DNA of 63,448 bases, filler included, from Octopus bimaculoides (taxonomy: Eukaryota): the NCBI RefSeq assembly GCF_001194135.2. It is 7 parts of 7 records of this genome, joined end to end, with 100 filler letters (N's around TTAATTAATTAA, not from the genome) between each part and the next. Parts side by side here need not be neighbours in the genome. Positions count along the whole stretch, not along the records: positions 1 to 14,524 come from NC_068983.1; 6 more parts are not named here. One strand, 5' to 3'. The notes below the pieces were generated by a model. It worked only from the letters and a program-made list of their open reading frames with translations, was not told the origin of the DNA and did not search any database. Shown in pieces: positions 1 through 13,958 of this stretch (position 1 is its first letter; every line of letters begins with the position of its first letter). The position numbers and the translations under genes are program-made.

Positions 1-14
1 AGAGAGAGAGATAA

Positions 15-72
<58 letters not shown>
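1..72. repeat. (GATA)n microsatellite
   Basis: Direct reading. Confidence 0.95.
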
Positions 73-73
<1 letters not shown>

Positions 74-1665
74 TCGTTATTTTAGGTATTAATAACATAT
101 ACAATTGCAGAAACTGTATAGCTCTATGGAAGGAAATCTTATGTGAAATGAGTTTAATAACTTTACTCGGCTGTCAGAATTTGAAGGTTAATTTAGTTAA
201 GGAAATTTTAAAAAATAAATAAGTAATTAAATAAATAAATCTTTCGTGAAAGGGAAACACATTAAGGGAATTGAATACTCTATAATACTTTGCTAATTTA
301 TTGTAGATAAAACAGGAGGATATTGTAGTGTAAGCATATGATTAGTACTGGAAGGTAATAGTAAGAGTTGAATGGTTTGTGAAGGGATACTGTATTAATA
401 GAAGATATGCATGTGTGTGTGTGTGTCTGCCTCGTTATGTGTGTTAGTTCTTATGTACATGTGTATATGTAAGTTGTTATGTATGTGTGTTTGTGTGTGC
501 CAGTTGTTATATACATGTGTGTGTGTCAGTATAAATGGGGGAAAATGGTTCCATAGTTTCACATCATGGCGATTTGACAACGTAAAGATAGATAAAAAGA
601 ATTGGTACCTATAGGAATTAAATAGAAATATTGTTTATAGCTTAATTTTATTTTTTATGTTTTGTATGTGTGTGTTTTTGTGTGTGTGAGTGTGTATGTG
701 CCTGTACAGTATGCATGCAGGTATAGAGTTACATATACAGTAATATCTCATTTTACGAGGATCTGCTTTATGAGACCTCCATTTACGAGTTTTTACGAGT
801 TTTAGTCTCTGTTTACGAGTTTTTGTTTTGCTCACATCCTCAGGGAACGAATTAACTCGTATATCGAGGCATTATTATATATATATTGAATAGATTGAAA
901 CTGATTGTATTGAAACAAAATATGTTCAATAGCAAAAAGTAACTGAATTAAATTCGTTTCACATCTTTTTCCATCTTTTCCTTCAATAACTTCTTTCCTT
1001 ATTAATCCATTTATTTTATGTAAAGCTTTAAAAGAAACTTAAAAGAGTGATAATACAATTTACATATACGAGATCCTATGTACATGCATGTAATGACTGC
1101 AGGAATCCACCAAATCGCTTAGAATGTTTCCCTTAAATAAATACAATATGGCAATATACTCAAGTCTCATAGGAAACGAAAATATTTCTCGTGAAGTCTT
1201 GAGAAGATAAAATAGCAGTAAAAAAGATGTATATTAAGGTGCCTTATGAAAACTATGCTATGCATTGCCTTAGTATAAGGTCCATTATTTTGGCAGTAAT
1301 TGTAAATAGCTACCGACATAAGAAATACTTTTGGTTGGACCACAAAAAGCAAAAACATTTTTCATAATATAAAGTTGCCAAAACATTTTTGTATTATCTT
1401 CATATATTGAAGAATGAAAAGTGAAGAGTATAATTTCTGTTACCATACTGCACAGAATTTTGTAAACATTCATTTGTGTGTCTTCCCACATGACCACCAC
1501 TTCTAACAGACGAATATGTATGTATGTATATGTGTGTGTGTATGTGTGTGTCTGTGTGGGCGCATACGAATATATATATAACATATATTTATATAAATAT
1601 TTATATATATTTAGATAAGTAGATGAATAGATAGATATATGCAGATGATAGCTACGTATACATAC

Positions 1666-1712
<47 letters not shown>

Positions 1713-2038
1713 NNNNNNNNNNNNNNNNNNNNNNNNNNNNNNNNNNNNNNNNNNNNNNNNNNNNNNNNNNNNNNNNNNNNNNNNNNNNNNNNNNNNNNNN
1801 NNNNNNNNNNNNNNNNNNNNNNNNNNNNNNNNNNNNNNNNNNNNNNNNNNNNNNNNNNNNNNNNNNNNNNNNNNNNNNNNNNNNNNNNNNNNNNNNNNNN
1901 NNNNNNNNNNNNNNNNNNNNNNNNNNNNNNNNNNNNNNNNNNNNNNNNNNNNNNNNNNNNNNNNNNNNNNNNNNNNNNNNNGTGTCTGTGTGTATGTCTG
2001 TCTGTGTATGTATGTGTGTGCGTATATATATATATTTT

Positions 2039-2081
<43 letters not shown>

Positions 2082-2551
2082 TAATTGAGAAATTATACAA
2101 AATTTATAAGTGGATGATGAGTAAAGCACCAGCGCAGTTTCAATTACCTGTTATTATCCATAGATTGCTGGAACTTCATAGTGGCGGTTGAGGTAACAGT
2201 ATTAATAAAATAGATGGAAGAAAAAGATTTTATTTAGTACGACACATGCTTCAATCCGTTCTGGGTCTTTTCGGGTAAATAAATAAATAAATAAATAAAA
2301 TGTCTCAATAGAGATTCGGTTTTACGTATCGATAAATGTGTCAACTTTGGGTATAAGTGAAAGACAGAGAAAAGTTGAAACGCGAAAAATTCAAATATGA
2401 ATGTGAAAATTCTAGTTTAGAGAAAATGACGTAATGAGCCATCGCTATTGTAACTGTTGAGAAAGAAAAGGAAGTAGAAAGGAAGATAATAATTACACGC
2501 AAAAAATTTTGAATTCGTGCTCATACGCAGATTTACATACACAGATACATA

Positions 2552-2584
<33 letters not shown>

Positions 2585-2785
2585 TTATACATACGCGCTC
2601 ACACGGGCGCATCTAAGTATATGGGTATATACGTGCAACTAAATATACGCACATAGCATAGATAAATATGTGCATATATTCGTACGTAAAGCGAGATACA
2701 GACGTCTGTGCAAAGTTTGACACACGAAGACATGTTAATGCACTCACGTATACAAATAAGTCAATATATACACGCACATACATAT

Positions 2786-2844
<59 letters not shown>

Positions 2845-3719
2845 TACATATATGAGCAACTTGATGTGCGATAATATTCTCATTATATTAATGTACATGT
2901 AATGTGTGACCGACTTCCTTTACATTAGAAGGCCAGAAGGCAATATGATCTGAGAAATGACACGTAAAGAGCGCAGTCAAGCAGAATCTTTGCTTGATCT
3001 TACGAAAATGAATTCTTATGAGTTCTGCACAAGGTAGGGAAGAGTTTCACATCTCGTTACTTTTTTTCTCTCCACTCTGCGCGGGTACATAGGTATCTAC
3101 TGCATCAGGATTGTTTAAAACATATGCAAGATATGTGACAGTATTCAATGGGAAGCGACTAACAAGGGTTGGAAGCAAAATAGATTAGATTGTATTAGCA
3201 GCTATTCAGGAGGCGCGTTTTAGTTTTCACTCGATGACAGTGAAATCATTGTGTCTCCCTGTGCATGCCAAGGTATCAGAATAAAACGCATCGGCATAAG
3301 TCATTATTAAATAATAAAGTAAAATCGTCACTGTTTCGGTTTCAGACATTTCCTTGAATGTTTGTTGATTAAAGAAGCGTCTACTTCTCGAATATTACAA
3401 ACCTCTACTTAACCTTTATAGTATGCTTGTTTTTATAGATTTTCGCTTGAAAGTTAAAGTTTAACTGAAAACAACTGCAATGGAACAAAACGGAACACTC
3501 ACTTTCGGCCCAATGGCATCAGGAAAGACATAAGATAATCTGTTCTGGAGTGAATAGTGGCTAACGTGTTCTGGCGGAATGTATAGTTATTCCCTACCCC
3601 CTCCATAATTTCATCGGAAATATAAAGCTTCTGAAATGTACACGATATCAATTCATTGAGTAAATCTATCAGTAATGTACCTATAATTGAGTAAGCCTAT
3701 CAGTAATGTATCAATAATG

Positions 3720-4562
3720 ACTACTGGAAACAGCTGTAAGCTGTTAACTTTGTGGAGATAACACCGAAGATATCACCCACATCATAAGCAGTTGTCCGAA
3801 AATGTCATCATGAGACATGAGCTAGGACTCTATAATGAAATCCGTCGGAAAGATAACCCCGAGGACAATGAAATAAGAACTCGCAGTGTGATAGAAGCCA
3901 TAACCACTCATAATGAAAAGGAGTACTGGAAGAATGTCCTAGTGAAGATCTCAATAAAATGCAAGCACAACAGACCTGGTATAATGATTTGGGATGGAGA
4001 AGAGAAACTGTGTACAGTTGTGGAAATTAGCTGCCCAGCTAATCAGTGAAAAAGAGAATACTTATGCTGAACTATTGAGAAATTTACAGTTATTCTATCC
4101 AGATTGGAAGTTCAGGCTTATACCTGTAATTATTGGGGCTCTGGGATATGTAACGCACTGCCTAAATATCAATCTTGAGAAATTAGGCTTCACAAAATTA
4201 AAAAGGCGAAAGCTAATTCGAAGACTACAAATTCAATCCATCACTGGAAGTGTAAAAATATGTAAAACTTTCCAGAAGTTTATTATTTAAATATATATGA
4301 GCATGTCTAGATATGCAACTATATGCATGAGAATACATACATAAAACATGAAAATCTGCACATATGTACATATATATATATATATACATACTTACATAAA
4401 AAGAAAAATACCTGGTTGTTGATGAATTTCAATGAAGGCGCCTTGAATCTGGTTTAAAAACCGGCTCTTTCTCTATTAGCAAGAAAGCTTGAAATAAAAC
4501 TAAACAATGAGATACATACATACATACATACATACATACATACATACATACATACATACATA
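3720..4562 (+). mobile_element. 3' fragment of an RLE-type (R2-superfamily) non-LTR retrotransposon with 3'UTR and (TACA)n tail
   Basis: CCHC-like CGDNTEDITHIISSCP at 3751; RLE motifs HNRPGIMIWD..CTVVEISCP and LRNLQLFYPDWKFRLIPVIIGALG with frameshifts. Confidence 0.8.
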
Positions 4563-5191
4563 CAAGCAAGTCCGATCTTCTTTTTACTGCCAGCCCAATT
4601 TTAAGCACCAATTCCAAAACTAAAAACAATTCTTAGTTTTGAAGTGGCATACCAAATTTTTGGTCGGTAATTATGGAACAGATATTTGTTTGTTGCATCT
4701 ATCTGTGTCAGCAACATGACTTAGCTGGCCAAGTATGGACAATTAAAGAAGAAAAATCTCATAGCAGTTCAAACTTCTCTAAAATATCTTGAGAGAAAGT
4801 TAATGATTACCTTAAAGCAACATGAAAATATCCTACATATCAAAATCCTTTTGTTTGAAAGGCATTGGAAAAATAATTCGTTAAATGAAAAAAATTTGAA
4901 AGAATGTTTATATACAAGAAGTTTGACTATTTTCAAAAATATTTTATATGTATGTTGTCTTTTGATGTTTCCCAATTTTCTTTCAATAATGCATATGTGA
5001 TAGTTTCCCTTGAAACAAGAATATTTATGTGGTTTAAAAATCAGAGACTTTCTTTTATTCCTGACACAGCCTCTAAATATTTGATTTATCGTTCAAGATA
5101 AGAGGCATTCACTTCTTTAAAGTTTTTGAATAGACGTAGCTGATATTTACAATTCAGATTACCAATATTAATCATCAAGCTTTTGCTACAG

Positions 5192-5299
5192 GCTGTCTGC
5201 CACACGAATTCCAGTGCAATGAAACAAACTGTGTTGATTTGGTGAAAAGATGCGATACAGTGCAAGATTGTGATGCAGGGGAAGATGAAGTTAACTGCG
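5192..5299 (+). CDS. Exon encoding an LDL-receptor class A repeat (GCLPHEFQCNETNCVDLVKRCDTVQDCDAGEDEVNC)
   Basis: Acceptor ttttgctacag, donor gtaagt, 108 nt, phase 1-1; six Cys with LDLa spacing and acidic DCxxGEDE motif. Confidence 0.93.
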
Positions 5300-6389
5300 G
5301 TAAGTGGAATCTTTTGTACTTCAAAGATTTATGTCGTTTCTCTGTATATTTATACACGCACACAATGGCCAGCAATACACACACATACGCACACATACAC
5401 GCACTCACACATACACATATATACGCGTGCGCGCATATATATATATATATAATTATGCGCGTATAAATTTAAGATATTTACATTGTTTAAAGTAAAAGAA
5501 AATATAGATAGTGTATATGTATTTTGAAAAATAGGTATAAATGTCTATGCATTATTCAGATATAACTGCACTTATACACACAACGTATACATATCCTTCA
5601 CTGTTTCTTTCCNNNNNNNNNNNNNNNNNNNNNNNNNNNNNNNNNNNNNNNNNNNNNNNNNNNNNNNNNNNNNNNNNNNNNNNNNNNNNNNNNNNNNNNN
5701 NNNNNNNNNNNNNNNNNNNNNNNNNNNNNNNNNNNNNNNNNNNNNNNNNNNNNNNNNNNNNNNNNNNNNNNNNNNNNNNNNNNNNNNNNNNNNNNNNNNN
5801 NNNNNNNNNNNNNNNNNNNNNNNNNNNNNNNNNNNNNNNNNNNNNNNNNNNNNNNNNNNNNNNNNNNNNNNNNNNNNNNNNNNNNNNNNNNNNNNNNNNN
5901 NNNNNNNNNNNNNNNNNNNNNNNNNNNNNNNNNNNNNNNNNNNNNNNNNNNNNNNNNNNNNNNNNNNNNNNNNNNNNNNNNNNNNNNNNNNNNNNNNNNN
6001 NNNNNNNNNNNNNNNNNNNNNNNNNNNNNNNNNNNNNNNNNNNNNNNNNNNNNNNNNNNNNNNNNNNNNNNNNNNNNNNNNNNNNNNNNNNNNNNNNNNN
6101 NNNNNNNNNNNNNNNNNNNNNNNNNNNNNNNNNNNNNNNNNNNNNNNNNNNNNNNNNNNNNNNNNTATATATATATATATATACATATATGTATGTATAC
6201 ACACACATATATATATATATATATATGTATGTATATATATATATACACACATATATATGCATATGTATGTATATATATATTTACATATATATATATATAT
6301 ATGCATATACATACACACACAGAGGCTCACAAAATGCAGGCCACCTTTTGTTTCGCTTCTATAATAGGTTTTTCCTGTTTTGTGTCACA

Positions 6390-6620
6390 TTTTTATTCTT
6401 AATTCTTCTAAGCAGGTTCATACGCAAAATATGCTGGTCGCTGTTGTGTGTGCCATAAAATAATAACTTCTTTTACGACGGAAGCATGTGCCACACTTCA
6501 GCTGATTGCTACTCACCATTCTGCGACACATGTCAAAACACCGGTGTCCTGCCACTGAGGTGTGTTGAACATGCTTCCGTCGTAAAAGTGAGATGTTACT
6601 CACATATGACATGCACTTTT
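6390..6620 (+). mobile_element. Possible decayed piggyBac C-terminal Cys-rich domain
   Basis: Frame reads [15 protein letters not shown]...PFCDTCQ...RCVEH, resembling the RCxVC...CxxC piggyBac CRD; no TIR found. Confidence 0.3.
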
Positions 6621-7015
6621 AGCGACACTCTTTTTTGCATTTGAACCTACTCAGACATCTTAACAATAAATATGCAAGCAATCGTTCCAGATCTCGCAGT
6701 ACACGGTACAAATAACGATATTCTAGTTCTAATGAAAAATCGATGTAATACGTTTTTAATAGAGTATTTTTTTTTTAAATAAATTATCCTCTAAATTATA
6801 ATTTACCTGGATGTCAATTAACTGTAATATTTTTTCAATTAGTCATTAGTAAATTTTTGTCAGTTTTACGTTTTAATTTGTTCGGCTTTCTCATTGGATC
6901 ACCATATCTAATGTGTGCAAATTTAGTTTCATATAATGTCACTCTTGCTCCATTCGTATATATGCTCTCTTTTCCCTTCAGCTCTGAAATTGTCTCCCTC
7001 TCTCTTTGTCTCTCT

Positions 7016-7075
<60 letters not shown>

Positions 7076-7779
7076 GCACACACACACACTTAGTATATAT
7101 ATGTATATGTGTGAGTATTTGTGTCTACGTGTGTGCTCGTCTGTGTGCGCACATGTTTATGAGGGATTTCTGAATTTCTCTTTTTAACACGAATATTTTT
7201 CTAGCCGCCCCACTTTTCAATTAGGAGAATTATATTTGTGTGAATGATGACTATTGACTATGATCGATGTGAAAATACAAAAAGATATAAAAGAGAAAAC
7301 GAATATATGTATGAGAATCGAAACTACCAACAGGACCCCAGCTGACTGGAGCAAGATAATATATTGCAGTTCATCTCTCAGAAAAAACTTTTAGGTGAGG
7401 ATTTTATGTAATATTAAATGAATTATGTTAGTAGAATAATTTATTGAGAGGGAACATAAAACTCGAAAACATAAAGTATTTATGACAAAGAATATATCGC
7501 ATAGTGTCTAAACGCGAGTTGTATAGAGAAATAATGGCCAAATTAATAATACTTAACTATGAATAATTGGAAAGTCTTATGTCAGAGAAGAGATCATTTT
7601 TGTGAAACGAGAAATGAAATCGTAAAATGGATTAGTGTATGTATGTGGTGGATAAAAGACTCTTTTCATAATGTAAAAAATGATTTTCTTTCTGAATATT
7701 TTAGTATGACACTATCATATTACTTTCAACTGTTAGCACAAGACCAGAAATTACAGAGGTGGGTGTACGTCAGTGCTCA

Positions 7780-7918
7780 AACCGTACTTAATTTAGCGAC
7801 CCGGAAAAGATGAAAGGTAAAGTCAGCCGCCGCGGAATTCGAACTTGGAACGTAAAGACGGACGAAATCACGCTAAGAATCTTGGCCGTCGTGCTAATGG
7901 TTCTGCCAGCTCACTGCC
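7780..7918 (-). mobile_element. tRNA-derived SINE family 1 (Deu/Nin-like core), decayed
   Basis: Reverse complement matches the head gagctggcagaa..gttagc, B box gttcgaattcc and core tttcatc..gggtcgctaaattaagtac. Confidence 0.8.
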
Positions 7919-8439
7919 TTATATGTCACAAGTATATTCTCGCATAGAACGGGTATGTGTGCTGTAGGCCATTAACATAATACCAGTACTGAAGTGATTA
8001 TTGACAAAGGTGGAGAGCCAAGAGATATTTTAAAGATATAATCTGAAGAATGTCTCGAACAACAGAAATATTCCCTGTAAACTTGATAAAAATTATGATT
8101 TTGAACGAAGGCGTGATACATTTCTGACATCTTGAAAAAAAGAGTAATTTTTGTATTTTTACATATGTAACAAATTCCATTGGCATGCCCTCAGCCAGCG
8201 AATTACACGGTTCAAATAGCGGAAGACTTCTCAGAGAAATTATGCAATATAATTTCATAGGACTATAGTTTTATAGTCTTAAGTCAAACTAAAAAGTCAA
8301 TATTCAAAGGAGACAGTCCCAAAATTCCACCTAATCAGGTTCAAAGAATCATAATGTAATTTATCTATGCTTTTAATTAAAAAGCTTGTGCTCTCTACTG
8401 TTTTTGGTGGCTCTCTCACACATGCTCTCAGGCATACAG

Positions 8440-8870
8440 TGAACCACTCTCGCCAGTTATGTTAATGATACTAAAGTATATCAGGTGGCCAAGGACCCTG
8501 ATAACATTCTAAAACTGCAAACAGACCTGAATATAATATACAAATGGCCTAATGAAAACAACATGCAATTCAATTCTGAGAAGTTTCAATTACTCCACTA
8601 TCGGCCCACAAACAGACTACAATCGAAATACACAGAGAGTTATTGCGTGACCTGGGAATCCACATGAGCAATAATGCAACATTCTATGGAGCATATTACC
8701 AAGTTGGCACCACTCTGCAAGCGAATAGCTAGATGGATTCTGATATCATTCAGAACCAAGCAAAAAGGATACCATGCTACTCCTATGGAAAACTATCATT
8801 CTCATTAGTTTGAATCACTGATCCCAATTGTGTTTAGTGCAGAATGTCAAACTGGTAGCGGAGCAAGAGG
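8440..8870 (+). mobile_element. CR1/L2-like LINE reverse transcriptase fragment
   Basis: ASYVNDTK (decayed YADDTK), LQTDLNIIYKW..ENNMQFNSEKFQLLHY, RDLGIHMS. Confidence 0.8.
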
Positions 8871-8874
8871 CAAC

Positions 8875-9064
8875 CCAGAAGAAAATGCTTAGCAGCATTT
8901 CTTCCGACTTTATGTTCTGAGTTCAAAGCCGTCGAGGTCGACTTTACTTTTCATCCTTTTGGGATCGATAAATCAAGTACCTGCTGAACTCTGTGGTTGA
9001 TATAATCAGCTTATACCATTCCCATGAAATTGCTGGCTTTGTGCCAAAATTTGAAACCAATATT
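8875..9064 (+). mobile_element. SINE family 1, tail type ...gccaaaatttgaaaccaatatt
   Basis: gttctgagttcaaa, tttcatccttttgggatcgataaatcaagtacc core. Confidence 0.85.
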
Positions 9065-9778
9065 ATGTATGTAAGGTTGCAATGAAAGACTATCATAATT
9101 TTACGTTATATCTACTGGTCTTTGGATTTCATGTTGTGTCTTGATTCTGTGTACAGTGGGGATGTTCAAGTTATGTATAACACTCCTATATTTGTATTTT
9201 TGAAGAAACAAAATCATAATGTTCTTATTGGAACAAGATTTCCAAACATTCAAATAAACAGTGTAACATAGACTGTTTAGACTGGATGTACATGACATCT
9301 TGTTTTAGAATATGTTAAATGATATTTGTAAGGTAGTCACATTCGCCTCAACTTTAAAAAGAAGTGTTTTCTAAAGTTTAAATTGAAATTGCTTCTTCTA
9401 TAACATGGTCATTTAGTAACTATTTCTATTGTCTAGCACATATTTTTTTTTTTTTNNNNNNNNNNTTTTTTTTTTTGTGACGTTGATTTATCTTTGTCCG
9501 ATATTGTTTCTGTATAGCTTTTGTTCATACTATTATAGCATGACAAACAATTAACAAATCAAATACATCTTTAATTTGATGCGCTGATAAATAGTTTTCA
9601 CATGAACTTGATATCAATAACTTTATCTCTGTATGCGGTACATATTGTAATATTTTGTGTCTAATTAAATATTTATTCCTTCCAATAGCAAGCTTATAAT
9701 TGGCGCAGTGATAGAAAAATGTTAATCAATTCTTGTCATGCGTAAGTCATTGTTTATTTGTGTTTTCTATTATTACAG

Positions 9779-9895
9779 AATCTTATGTTTGCCCGGTACA
9801 TCGTACAAAATGCAAGAACTACCTATGTGTACCAAGCACAGCCATGTGCAACTTCATTGATGACTGCGGAGATAACTCGGACGAGGAAAACTGCA
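9779..9895 (+). CDS. Exon encoding an LDLa repeat (ESYVCPVHRTKCKNYLCVPSTAMCNFIDDCGDNSDEENC)
   Basis: Acceptor ttttctattattacag, donor gtaagt, 117 nt, phase 1-1; DDCGDNSDE motif; splices in frame with the previous exon (G+AA=Glu). Confidence 0.93.
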
Positions 9896-10562
9896 GTAAG
9901 TATGAACCAGGTTATTCAGCCACTGAATTCGTTTTTTTTTTTTTTTTTCGAGCACCGTAGAACACAACCGACAATTCGGTTTCCATTTTATACGTGTACC
10001 TATTTCACATTGGTAGCCATCTGAACACTTAAGACAAGCTTGAATTAAAGTTACTCCATAGCGGGCATATTACTTTTAAAATGTCTAAACTATTGAACGT
10101 ACGTTTTATTTGAAACATTACACAAAGGAATGTTGCTGAGATATTAATTACCACGCTTGTCTAATTTGCATCCAATTTTATTTCTTTCTGATACATTTCC
10201 TTACATACACGAATCAGTTATAAAGACGCTAATACGAGTTATGGTTTTAGTAATAAATTAGGCGATTAAAGTGAATGATGAAATGATTGATATAGTTGAC
10301 ATCAGGTTAAGTAGGCTGGTTATATTTCTCCCCGACTGGTTCTGGAATGCACTTAATGAACTATACTTTTCTATAGATGATATACGTAGGTAACCAATGA
10401 TAATTACTAATTATGCGAGCAGAAGTGTTATAGAAAGCAGAGAGGCGCCGAAATACTTTACGATATTCGAATATTGGTACTGCACAAGGAAAGACTTTGG
10501 AAAGCGTGAAATAAAAAAATAGCAATTTATGAAGTCAAACGTTATTCTCCTTCTCTTTAAAT

Positions 10563-10947
10563 AAGTTGTTGTTTGTTGGCACTAGGTCGCTTACGACGTC
10601 GAGGGTTCCAATTGATCCGATCAACGGAACAGCCTGCTCGTGAAATTAACGTGCAAGTGACTGAGCACTCCACAGACACGTGTACCCTTAACGTAGTTCT
10701 AGGGGATATTCAGTGTGACAAGGCTGACCCTTTGAATTGCAGGCACAACAGAAACAGGAAGCAAGAGTGAGAGAAAGTTATGGTGAAAGAGTACAGCAGG
10801 GTTCACCACCATCCCCTGCCGGAGCCTCGTGGAGCTTTTTAGGTGTTTTCGCTCAATAAACACGCACAACGCCCGGTCTGAGAATCGAAACCGCAATCCT
10901 ATGACCGTGAGTCCGCTGCCCTAATCACTGGGCCATTGCGCCTCCAC
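10563..10947 (-). mobile_element. tRNA-derived SINE family 3, full length
   Basis: Reverse complement begins gtggaggcgcaatggcccagtgattagggcagcggactc..ggtttcgattc (A and B boxes); ends in a (CAA)-like tail. Confidence 0.8.
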
Positions 10948-11022
10948 TTTAAATAAGTAGCTATATAAAATAAATCAATAAATGTTTATATATGATACAG
11001 ATCTACTTCTTTCTTCTTTCAG

Positions 11023-11139
11023 AGTACCGGTCTTGTTATCTTGCCGAATTTCGTTGCAATAATTCCGAGTGTATTCCTGAATCCCTCTTATGTGATGGCA
11101 TACAAGACTGTGTCGATGGCAGTGATGAAACAGAATGTG
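11023..11139 (+). CDS. Exon encoding an LDLa repeat ([39 protein letters not shown])
   Basis: Acceptor cttctttcttctttcag, donor gtaaga, 117 nt, phase 1-1; canonical FxC..CI...CDG..DC.DGSDE..C. Confidence 0.95.
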
Positions 11140-11860
11140 GTAAGAAATGTACAGAATTTGTCATGGACATAAGAGCGTGTGCTTAAAAGATTTCGCTTCG
11201 CAACTGTAAGATCCTTGCTTGATTCCTTTGCCCAGCTGTATAGAAGATTGAAAACTTCTTCCACAAGAATTGACCAACACTTTGTAAGCTTAGTTTGAGT
11301 GACAGAAACTGAACAGAAGATCAGTTTTATTATATATATATATATATATGATGTGTGTGCGTCTGTATTAGTTTATAGAAATTATTGCGACCTCCTGGTC
11401 GCAATAAGGGAAAGAAAGAAAGAATTCGTTATACACTTCATCTTGGTGTGCGTAACCCTCACAGAGGATGGAATCCATGATTGAAAAATTAATTACGTAG
11501 CAAAAGTAAAAATAAATGAAGGTAAAATTCGCCCCTAAAAGGGGAATTTTGGATGTGACACCTCCTCTGCTAAGCAGGGCAGCTACGAAGACAAATAAAA
11601 TTCAAGAATAATAATCAGAAACACACTTTGGTAGCAGGTATTTACAACACTTACTAGCGTAAAAAACACACATCCGTTGGGGAAGAAATTGCCGAACCTT
11701 CATACGTCGTGTTTAGTCAGTACTAACTGAGGTAACTTTTCTTCATTTAATTATATCCAGATATAAAGTGTCTTTGAATTTTCCTTACAGAATAATATGG
11801 AATATTGCTTCAATTATTTCAATCTTGTTTTTGTGTTGTTTTCCACCTCGTTTCCTTTGA

Positions 11861-11919
<59 letters not shown>

Positions 11920-12114
11920 TCGTATGTGCGTGTGTACATATATTGTCTGCGTGGGTTGTCTTCCTATTATTTTGAAATTATATGGACCATCTGATGAATA
12001 CGTTCTTTTACAATGATGTAATGTTCTCACTAATCAAATATTAAAAAAATGCGAAAGAAACGGCTGTATTGAATTTACATTTATCTATAGTCTGTTACTT
12101 TTTCTTTGCAGTAG

Positions 12115-12177
<63 letters not shown>

Positions 12178-12339
12178 CTACTGTACTGTTGGATGTATCT
12201 CTTCGTCACCAAGTTTATCTTTTATCCGAGAATTTAGTTTGTTGTTTGCTGAACGCTTCCTTTATGGTGATGGCGCTGATGATTGATTAGACCAATTCTT
12301 GCATAGAAGAGTCGATGGCATTCACTGCATGGTAATGTT

Positions 12340-12750
12340 GGTAGATGAAGAGATTGATTTTGTCTAACCTTTATCATCTGTCGTTTGATTTGTTCCTCTT
12401 TTCTTCTGGTGGCTTCGAAGTTTTTGGTTCCGATGTTAATGAAACACGCTAGTTGGTACGGTCTGAGGCTTGTGTTTCAAACAATTTAAGCTCAAGTCCA
12501 GTGGCTTTCAGAGTTGTTTTGAGTTAGTCTTTGTATCTTCGAAGAGGGCAGCCTCGTGGTCTTTCCTCTGACGTGAGCTCGCTGAATAAGACTTGACGTG
12601 GATGTCTTGACTCTTCCATTCTTGCTACATTTCCTGATCATCGAAGACAGTTTTTCATGATCAGCGAATCGATGCTTTGACTGTTGGCTCTTCCCAGGAT
12701 TTTGTTGATGGTCACATAGTATTCTCATTTTCTTTTTAGAGAGCACTACG
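12340..12750 (-). mobile_element. RTE-clade LINE 3' ORF fragment
   Basis: LFSELTSEERPRGCPLRRYKD*LKTTLKATG..ASDRTN*R, typical of the RTE/BovB C-terminus. Confidence 0.7.
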
Positions 12751-13892
12751 CAGGGAGGTCTAAATTCTTTGTCTTATATACAATATTTTGAATATAAAAT
12801 TGAAGGATCCACCTAATTTGCTTCAGTCTTTTGTACCATATTCGATTGCTCACAAAGACTCAGTGTAAGAACCCACAAATACCTAAGTGCTGAGATAAAT
12901 TTGACAGATTAGTTTGCACATATGAAGGCAGTGGATTAATAAAATAACTGGAGTGTCATAATTGATTTATTACAATGCAATACATTGCACTGAATGTATC
13001 ATTCAGTTTGTTATATTGATATATTGATATATTGATTATAGAGTATCTCCGTGGCCAGAAAAAGAGGGATCAGTTGGAATAGTTTCAATGCTGGGTTTAA
13101 AATTCATTCTTGACTGAGAGCCATCTTTAACAAGTTCATTTATATAATAGCTCGGTAAATAAATAGAAAATCTGATAATTAAGTAAACGGTGTGTTGAGT
13201 GAGATGTTTAATGTAAATGCAATACGTTTCAACAGAATATAACAATAGATATTTTAACCAGCACGGTAGGGTATAAACACAGGCAATTTATTAATCGAAC
13301 AAGCTGCCAATAGTGAACCACAACACAAATTGTTGTAACCCATTTAATTAAGCCATGAGTGTCTGTAATTAACGTTTCCTTTAGCAATTAAAGATGCATT
13401 CAGTTGCAAATGAAATCGTTACTAACTATTGTATCTAGCCCTGTCGATACGTGTATTTCTATACATTAAGGTAGTATATATAAGCTGGTGAGTTCACATT
13501 TGTCTACAGGCGGTTGGACAAAATATTTAGATACTTTTATATTGTATAGTGCAGTTAAAGTATTGAAACAAAACAGACTGTAATTTTAGGCAAATATCTA
13601 TTCATCTAGTCATGTTTCTACCACTCTTCTCTGCTTAGTAACCAATTCATGTCATCCTCACCTTTCAACACGGTTAAGCGCAAAACAAAACACAAACACA
13701 TCATCTGTGATACAAATCTCATATTTTTATCTGAGATTAGTATTTTATGAGTCATCTTTAACTGCAGAGGTACGTTATACGTCATACACACATACACACA
13801 TACATACACACATGATATATATGTAGGTAAATAATTATGCGCTTCTAGACTGATAAGCAGATAGACTGGTAGATAAATATAAGTATATACAT

Positions 13893-13954
<62 letters not shown>

Positions 13955-13958
<4 letters not shown>

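Noticed and set aside
2900-3200. Possible additional exons upstream of the first LDLa exon
   Set aside because: All AG-started frames tested hit stops and none has an LDLa pattern
10890-10947. tRNA-like sequence
   Set aside because: SINE head with no CCA or complete cloverleaf, continuing into the SINE body; same for the other SINE heads
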